This document shows positions 55,901 through 64,000 of a stretch of DNA of 64,000 nt, in pieces. Positions within the stretch are counted from its first letter, which is position 1, and the number at the start of each line of letters is the position of its first letter. The DNA is from Auanema rhodensis. Taxonomy: Eukaryota > Animalia > Nematoda. A program made the translations under genes and the position numbers. The stretch lies in NCBI GenBank assembly GCA_964057225.1, contig OZ059899.1, positions 248,001 through 312,000 of the forward strand, written 5' to 3'. The notes under the pieces were generated by a model. It was not told where the DNA came from and did no database searches. It saw only the letters and a program-made list of their open reading frames with translations.

Positions 55901-58900
55901 TGTCCATATTAGTCTAAAAACAAATTTTTATTGATATTGGTTCGTGGTAACCATGACTTTGAAATTTACGTGAACTTTAATTTATGCTAATTAAATGTAC
56001 ACGTGATGTGCACTTGGTATGTAACTCGCTTCACGTGAAATATAAAGAGATGCGGTTTTCAAAATTAGATTCCCCATGTCCATATTAGTCTAAAAACAAA
56101 TTTTTATTGATATTGGTGCATGGTAACCATGACTTTGAAATTTACGTGAACTTTAATTTATGCTAATTAAATGTACACGTGATGTGCACTTGGTATGTAA
56201 CTCGCTGCACGTGAAAGATAAAGAGATGCGGTTTTCAAAATTAGATTCCTCATGTCCATATTAGTCTAAAAACAAATTTTTATTGATATTGGTGCATAGT
56301 AACCATGACTTTGAAATTTACGTGAACTTCAATTTATGCTAATTAAATGTACACGTGATGTGCACTTGGTATGTAACTCGCTTCACGTGAAAGATAAAGA
56401 GATGCGGTTTTCAAAATTAGATTCCTCATGTCCATATTAGTCTAAAAACAAATTTTTATTGATATTGGTGCATGGTAACCATGACTTTGAAATTTACGTG
56501 AACTTTAATTTATGCTAATTAAATGTACACGTGATGTGCACTTGGTATGTAACTCGCTTCACGTGAAAGATAAAGAGATGCGGTTTTCAAAATTAGATTC
56601 CTCATGTCCATATTAGTCTAAAAACAAATTTTTATTGATATTGGTGCATGGTAACCATGACTTTGAAATTTACGTGAACTTTAATTTATGCTAATTAAAT
56701 GTACACGTGATGTGCACTTGGTATGTAACTCGCTTCACGTGAAAGATAAAGAGATGCGGTTTTCAAAATTAGATTCCCCATGTCCATATTAGTCTAAAAA
56801 CAAATTTTTATTGATATTGGTTCATGGTAACCATGACTTTGAAATTTACGTGAACTTTAATTTATGCTAATTAAATGTACACGTGATGTGCACTTGGTAT
56901 GTAACTCGCTTCACGTGAAAGATAAAGAGATGCGGTTTTCAAAATTAGATTCCCCATGTCCATATTAGTCTAAAAACAAATTTTTATTGATATTGGTTCA
57001 TGGTAACCATGACTTTGAAATTTACGTGAACTTTAATTTATGCTAATTAAATGTACACGTGATGTGCACTTGGATATAACTCGCTTCACGTGAAAGATAA
57101 AGAGATGCGGTTTTCAAAATTAGATTCCCCATGTCCATATTAGTCTAAAAACAAATTTTTATTGATATTGGTTCATGGTAACCATGACTTTGAAATTTAC
57201 GTGAACTTTAATTTATGCTAATTAAATGTACACGTGATGTGCACTTGGTATGTAACTCGCTTCACGTGAAAGATAAAGAGATGCGGTTTTCAAAATTAGA
57301 TTCCCCATGTCCATATTAGTCTAAAAACAAATTTTTATTGATATTGGTTCATGGTAACCATGACTTTGAAATTTACGTGAACTTTAATTTATGCTAATTA
57401 AATGTACACGTGATGTGCACTTGGTATGTAACTCGCTTCACGTGAAATATAAAGAGATGCGGTTTTCAAAATTAGATTCCCCATGTCCATATTAGTCTAA
57501 AAACAGATTTTTATTGATATTGGTGCATGGTAACCATGACTTTGAAATTTACGTGAACTTTAATTTATGCTAATTAAATGTACACGTGATGTGCACTTGG
57601 TATGTAACTCGCTTCACGTGAAAGATAAAGAGATGCGGTTTTCAAAATTAGATTCCCCATGTCCATATTAGTCTAAAAACAAATTTTTATTGATATTGGT
57701 TAATGGTAACCATGACTTTGAAATTTACGTGAACTTTAATTTATGCTAATTAAATGTACACGTGATGTGCACTTGATATGTAACTCGCTTCACGTGAAAG
57801 ATAAAGAGATGCGGTTTTCAAAATTAGATTCCCCATGTCCATATTAGTCTAAAAACAAATTTTTATTGATATTGGTGCATGGTAACCATGACTTTGAAAT
57901 TTACGTGAACTTTAATTTATGCTAATTAAATGTACACGTGATGTGCACTTGGTATGTAACTCGCTTCACGTGAAAGATAAAGAGATGCGGTTTTCAAAAT
58001 TAGATTCCCCATGTCCATATTAGTCTAAAAACAGATTTTTATTGATATTGGTGCATGGTAACCATGACTTTGAAATTTACGTGAACTTTAATTTATGCTA
58101 ATTAAATGTACACGTGATGTGCACTTGGTATGTAACTCGCTTCACGTGAAAGATAAAGAGATGCGGTTTTCAAAATTAGATTCCCCATGTCCATATTGGT
58201 CTAAAAACAAATTTTTATTGATATTGGTGCATGGTAACCATGACTTTGAAATTTACGTGAACTTTAATTTATGCTAATTAAATGTACACGTGATGTGCAC
58301 TTGGTATGTAACTCGTTTCACGTGAAAGATAAAGAGATGCGGTTTTCAAAATTAGATTCCCCATGTCCATATTAGTCTAAAAACAAATTATTATTGATAT
58401 TGGTTAATGGTAACCATGACTTTGAAATTTACGTGAACTTTAATTTATGCTAATTAAATGTACACGTGATGTGCACTTGATATGTAACTCGCTTCACGTG
58501 AAAGATAAAGAGATGCGGTTTTCAAAATTAGATTCCCCATGTCCATATTAGTCTAAAAACAAATTTTTATTGATATTGGTGCATGGTAACCATGACTTTG
58601 AAATTTACGTGAACTTTAATTTATGCTAATTAAATGTACACGTGATGTGCACTTGGTATGTAACTCGCTTCACGTGAAAGATAAAGAGATGCGGTTTTCA
58701 AAATTAGATTCCCCATGTCCATATTAGTCTAAAAACAGATTTTTATTGATATTGGTGCATGGTAACCATGACTTTGAAATTTACGTGAACTTTAATTTAT
58801 GCTAATTAAATGTACACGTGATGTGCACTTGGTATGTAACTCGCTTCACGTGAAAGATAAAGAGATGCGGTTCTCAAAATTAGATTCCCCATGTCCATAT

Positions 58901-61900
58901 TAGTCTAAAAACAAATTTTTATTGATATTGGTGCATGGTAACCATGACTTTGAAATTTACGTGAACTTTAATTTATGCTAATTAAATGTACACGTGATGT
59001 GCACTTGGTATGTAACTCGCTTCACGTGAAAGATAAAGAGATGCGGTTTTCAAAATTAGATTCCTCATGTACATATTAGTCTAAAAACAAATTTTTATTG
59101 ATATTGGTGCATGGTAACCATGACTTTGAAATTTACGTGAACTTTAATTTATGCTAATTAAATGTACACGTGATGTGCACTTGGTATGTAACTCGCTTCA
59201 CGTGAAAGATAAAGAGATGCGGTTTTCAAAGTTAGATTCCCCATGTCCATATTAGTCTAAAAACAAATTTTTATTGATATTGGTGCATGGTAACCATGAC
59301 TTTGAAATTTACGTGAACTTTAATTTATGCTAATTAAATGTACACGTGATGTGCACTTGGTATGTAACTCGCTTCACTTGAAAGATAAAGAGATGCGGTT
59401 TTCAAAATTAGATTGCCCATGTCCATATTAGTCTAAAAACAAATTTTTATTGATATTGGTGCATGGTAACCATGACTTTGAAATTTACGTGAACTTTAAT
59501 TTATGCTAATTAAATGTACACGTGATGTGCACTTGGTATGTAACTCGCTTCACGTGAAATATAAAGAGATGCGGTTTTCAAAATTAGATTCCCCATGTCC
59601 ATATTAGTCTAAAAACAAATTTTTATTGATATTGGTGCATGGTAACCATGACTTTGAAATTTACGTGAACTTTAATTTATGCTAATTAAATGTACACGTG
59701 ATGTGCACTTGGTATGTAACTCGCTTCACGTGAAAGATAAAGAGATGCGGTTTTCAAAATTAGATTCCTCATGTACATATTAGTCTAAAAACAAATTTTT
59801 ATTGATATTGGTGCATGGTAACCATGACTTTGAAATTTACGTGAACTTTAATTTATGCTAATTAAATGTACACGTGATGTGCACTTGGTATGTAACTCGC
59901 TTCACGTGAAAGATAAAGAGATGCGGTTTTCAAAATTAGATTCCCCATGTCCATATTAGTCTAAAAACAAATTTTTATTGATATTGGTGCATGGTAACCA
60001 TGACTTTGAAATTTACGTGAACTTTAATTTATGCTAATTAAATGTACACGTGATGTGCACTTGGTATGTAACTCGCTTCACTTGAAAGATAAAGAGATGC
60101 GGTTTTCAAAATTAGATTGCCCATGTCCATATTAGTCTAAAAACAAATTTTTATTGATATTGGTGCATGGTAACCATGACTTTGAAATTTACGTGAACTT
60201 TAATTTATGCTAATTAAATGTACACGTGATGTGCACTTGGTATGTAACTCGCTTCACGTGAAAGATAAAGAGATGCGGTTTTCAAAATTAGATTCCCCAT
60301 GTCCATATTAGTCTAAAAACAAATTTTTATTGATATTGGTTAATGGTAACCATGACTTTGAAATTTACGTGAACTTTAATTTATGCTAATTAAATGTACA
60401 CGTGATGTGCACTTGATATGTAACTCGCTTCACGTGAAAGATAAAGAGATGCGGTTTTCAAAATTAGATTCCCCATGTCCATATTAGTCTAAAAACAAAT
60501 TTTTATTGATATTGGTGCATGGTAACCATGACTTTGAAATTTACGTGAACTTTAATTTATGCTAATTAAATGTACACGTGATGTGCACTTGGTATGTAAC
60601 TCGCTTCACGTGAAAGATAAAGAGATGCGGTTTTCAAAATTAGATTCCCCATGTCCATATTAGTCTAAAAACAGATTTTTTTTGATATTGGTGCATGGTA
60701 ACCATGACTTTGAAATTTACGTGAACTTTAATTTATGCTAATTAAATGTACACGTGATGTGCACTTGGTATGTAACTCGCTTCACGTGGAAGATAAAGAG
60801 ATGTGGTTTTCAAAATTAGATTCCCCATGTCCATATTAGTCTAAAAACAAATTTTTATTGATATTGGTGCATGGTAACCATGACTTTGAAATTTACGTGA
60901 ACTTTAATTTATGCTAATTAAATGTACACGTGATGTGCACTTGGTATGTAACTCGCTTCACGTGGAAGATAAAGAGATGCGGTTTTCAAAATTAGATTCC
61001 CCATGTCCATATTAGTCTAAAAACAAATTTTTATTGATATTGGTGCATGGTAACCATGACTTTGAAATTTACGTGAACTTTAATTTATGCTAATTAAATG
61101 TACACGTGATGTGCACTTGGTATGTAACTCGCTTCACGTGAAAGATAAAGAGATGCGGTTTTCAAAATTAGATTCCCCATGTCCATATTAGTCTAAAAAC
61201 AAATTTTTATTGATATTGGTTCGTGGTAACCATGACTTTGAAATTTACGTGAACTTTAATTTATGCTAATTAAATGTACACGTGATGTGCACTTGGTATG
61301 TAACTCGCTTCACGTGAAATATAAAGAGATGCGGTTTTTAAAATTAGATTCCCCATGTCCATATTAGTCTAAAAACAAATTTTTATTGATATTGGTGCAT
61401 GGTAACCATGACTTTGAAATTTACGTGAACTTTAATTTATGCTAATTAAATGTACACGTGATGTGCACTTGGTATGTAACTCGCTGCACGTGAAAGATAA
61501 AGAGATGCGGTTTTCAAAATTAGATTCCTCATGTCCATATTAGTCTAAAAACAAATTTTTATTGATATTGGTGCATAGTAACCATGACTTTGAAATTTAC
61601 GTGAACTTTAATTTATGCTAATTAAATGTACACGTGATGTGCACTTGGTATGTAACTCGCTTCACGTGAAAGATAAAGAGATGCGGTTTTCAAAATTAGA
61701 TTCCTCATGTCCATATTAGTCTAAAAACAAATTTTTATTGATATTGGTGCATGGTAACCATGACTTTGAAATTTACGTGAACTTTAATTTATGCTAATTA
61801 AATGTACACGTGATGTGCACTTGGTATGTAACTCGCTTCACGTGAAAGATAAAGAGATGCGGTTTTCAAAATTAGATTCCTCATGTCCATATTAGTCTAA

Positions 61901-63350
61901 AAACAAATTTTTATTGATATTGGTGCATGGTAACCATGACTTTGAAATTTACGTGAACTTTAATTTATGCTAATTAAATGTACACGTGATGTGCACTTGG
62001 TATGTAACTCGCTTCACGTGAAAGATAAAGAGATGCGGTTTTCAAAATTAGATTCCCCATGTCCATATTAGTCTAAAAACAAATTTTTATTGATATTGGT
62101 TCATGGTAACCATGACTTTGAAATTTACGTGAACTTTAATTTATGCTAATTAAATGTACACGTGATGTGCACTTGGTATGTAACTCGCTTCACGTGAAAG
62201 ATAAAGAGATGCGGTTTTCAAAATTAGATTCCCCATGTCCATATTAGTCTAAAAACAAATTTTTATTGATATTGGTTCATGGTAACCATGACTTTGAAAT
62301 TTACGTGAACTTTAATTTATGCTAATTAAATGTACACGTGATGTGCACTTGGATATAACTCGCTTCACGTGAAAGATAAAGAGATGCGGTTTTCAAAATT
62401 AGATTCCCCATGTCCATATTAGTCTAAAAACAAATTTTTATTGATATTGGTTCATGGTAACCATGACTTTGAAATTTACGTGAACTTTAATTTATGCTAA
62501 TTAAATGTACACGTGATGTGCACTTGGTATGTAACTCGCTTCACGTGAAATATAAAGAGATGCGGTTTTCAAAATTAGATTCCCCATGTCCATATTAGTC
62601 TAAAAACAGATTTTTATTGATATTGGTGCATGGTAACCATGACTTTGAAATTTACGTGAACTTTAATTTATGCTAATTAAATGTACACGTGATGTGCACT
62701 TGGTATGTAACTCGCTTCACGTGAAAGATAAAGAGATGCGGTTTTCAAAATTAGATTCCCCATGTCCATATTAGTCTAAAAACAAATTTTTATTGATATT
62801 GGTTAATGGTAACCATGACTTTGAAATTTACGTGAACTTTAATTTATGCTAATTAAATGTACACGTGATGTGCACTTGATATGTAACTCGCTTCACGTGA
62901 AAGATAAAGAGATGCGGTTTTCAAAATTAGATTCCCCATGTCCATATTAGTCTAAAAACAAATTTTTATTGATATTGGTGCATGGTAACCATGACTTTGA
63001 AATTTACGTGAACTTTAATTTATGCTAATTAAATGTACACGTGATGTGCACTTGGTATGTAACTCGCTTCACGTGAAAGATAAAGAGATGCGGTTTTCAA
63101 AATTAGATTCCCCATGTCCATATTAGTCTAAAAACAGATTTTTATTGATATTGGTGCATGGTAACCATGACTTTGAAATTTACGTGAACTTTAATTTATG
63201 CTAATTAAATGTACACGTGATGTGCACTTGGTATGTAACTCGCTTCACGTGAAAGATAAAGAGATGCGGTTTTCAAAATTAGATTCCCCATGTCCATATT
63301 AGTCTAAAAACAAATTTTTATTGATATTGGTGCATGGTAACCATGACTTT
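52970..63350 (-). repeat. 30-monomer (5279 bp) tandem duplication inside the inverted block
   Basis: CTCGTTTC at about 53037/58316, GTGCATAG at 56298/61577, GGATATAAC deletion at about 57074/62353 (offset 5279 = 30x176-1). After about 62450 the offset drops to 5103, so the second copy lacks one monomer. Confidence 0.92.
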
Positions 63351-63925
63351 GAAATTTACGTGAACTTTAATTTATGCTAATTAAATGTACACGTGATGTG
63401 CACTTGGTATATAACTCGCTTCACGTGAAAGATAAAGAGATGCGGTTTTCAAAATTAGATTCCCCATGTCCATATTAGTCTAAAAACAAATTTTTATTGA
63501 TATTGGTGCATGGTAACCATGACTTTGAAATTTACGTGAACTTTAATTTATGCTAATTAAATGTACACGTGATGTGCACTTGGTATGTAACTCGCTTCAC
63601 GTGAAAGATAAAGAGATGCGGTTTTCAAAATTAGATTCCCCATGTCCATATTAGTCTAAAAACAAATTTTTATTGATATTGGTTAATGGTAACCATGACT
63701 TTGAAATTTACGTGAACTTTAATTTATGCTAATTAAATGTACACGTGATGTGCACTTGATATGTAACTCGCTTCACGTGAAAGATAAAGAGATGCGGTTT
63801 TCAAAATTAGATTCCCCATGTCCATATTAGTCTAAAAACAAATTTTTATTGATATTGGTGCATGGTAACCATGACTTTGAAATTTACGTGAACTTTAATT
63901 TATGCTAATTAAATGTACACGTGAT
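52970..63925 (-). repeat. Same 176-bp satellite in inverted orientation (10,956-bp inverted block)
   Basis: From 52970 the + strand reads AAATTTACGCGAACTTTAATTTATGCTAATTAAATGTACACGTGATGTGCAC..., the reverse complement of the consensus (one substitution) starting at monomer position 154. It ends with ...GTACACGTGAT (monomer position 109) at 63925. Length = 62x176 + 46 - 2, with 1-bp deletions near 57074 and 62353. Confidence 0.99.
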
Positions 63926-63935
63926 CAAAGTCATG
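63915..63935. other. Right inversion junction (inverted to orientation A)
   Basis: ...AAATGTACACGTGA(T)CAAAGTCATGG...: the T at 63925 can belong to either side (1-bp overlap). No insertion. Confidence 0.95.
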
Positions 63936-64000
63936 GTTACCATGCACCAATATCAATAAAAATCTGTTTTTAGACTAATATGGACATGGGGAATCTAATT
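63926..64000 (+). repeat. 176-bp satellite resumes in orientation A
   Basis: CAAAGTCATGGTTACCATGCACCAATATCAATAAAAATCTGTTTTTAGACTAATATGGACATGGGGAATCTAATT matches consensus positions 155-176 then 1-53, with one variant (AATCTG). Only 75 bp are visible. Confidence 0.95.

Noticed and set aside
58095-58277. 60-aa ORF from the ORF track
   Set aside because: It lies wholly within satellite and exists only because one monomer has TAG>TGG (A>G at 58198, codon 35). Other copies stop there, and the peptide shows no recognisable domain.
52970-63925. Transposon insertion or site-specific invertible element
   Set aside because: No terminal inverted repeats distinct from the satellite, target-site duplication, recombinase sites or foreign sequence at either junction.
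1-64000. CRISPR array or other repeat-spacer system
   Set aside because: There are no unique spacers; the whole 176-bp unit repeats, and no cas-like ORFs are present.

Overview
The whole 64 kb window is one highly homogeneous tandem satellite array. The monomer is 176 bp and about 32% GC (57/176 counted on the consensus), with roughly 363 copies. I found no genes, RNA genes, transposons or unique sequence. Monomer size, AT-richness and homogeneity fit eukaryotic centromeric or pericentromeric satellite DNA, but I do not recognise the family or organism. Layout: 301 complete monomers in one orientation (1-52960), an abrupt strand switch at about 52969/52970, a 10,956-bp inverted block (62 monomers + 46 bp - 2 single-base deletions), then a switch back at about 63925/63926. 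Flipping the block back restores the monomer register exactly at one end (position 154|155) and leaves a 99-bp (mod 176) gap at the other. The inverted block contains a 5,279-bp (30-monomer) tandem duplication. It also carries two inverted copies of an 11-monomer haplotype found just left of the junction. Rare variants reveal a mosaic of local tandem duplications (3, 5, 6, 7, 8, 10, 13, 14, 16, 19 and 30 monomers) rather than one fixed higher-order repeat. The single listed ORF is a chance read-through from one TAG>TGG change. I see no support for a novel coding system; the interesting biology is structural. All comparisons were made by eye, so difference counts may miss a few substitutions.
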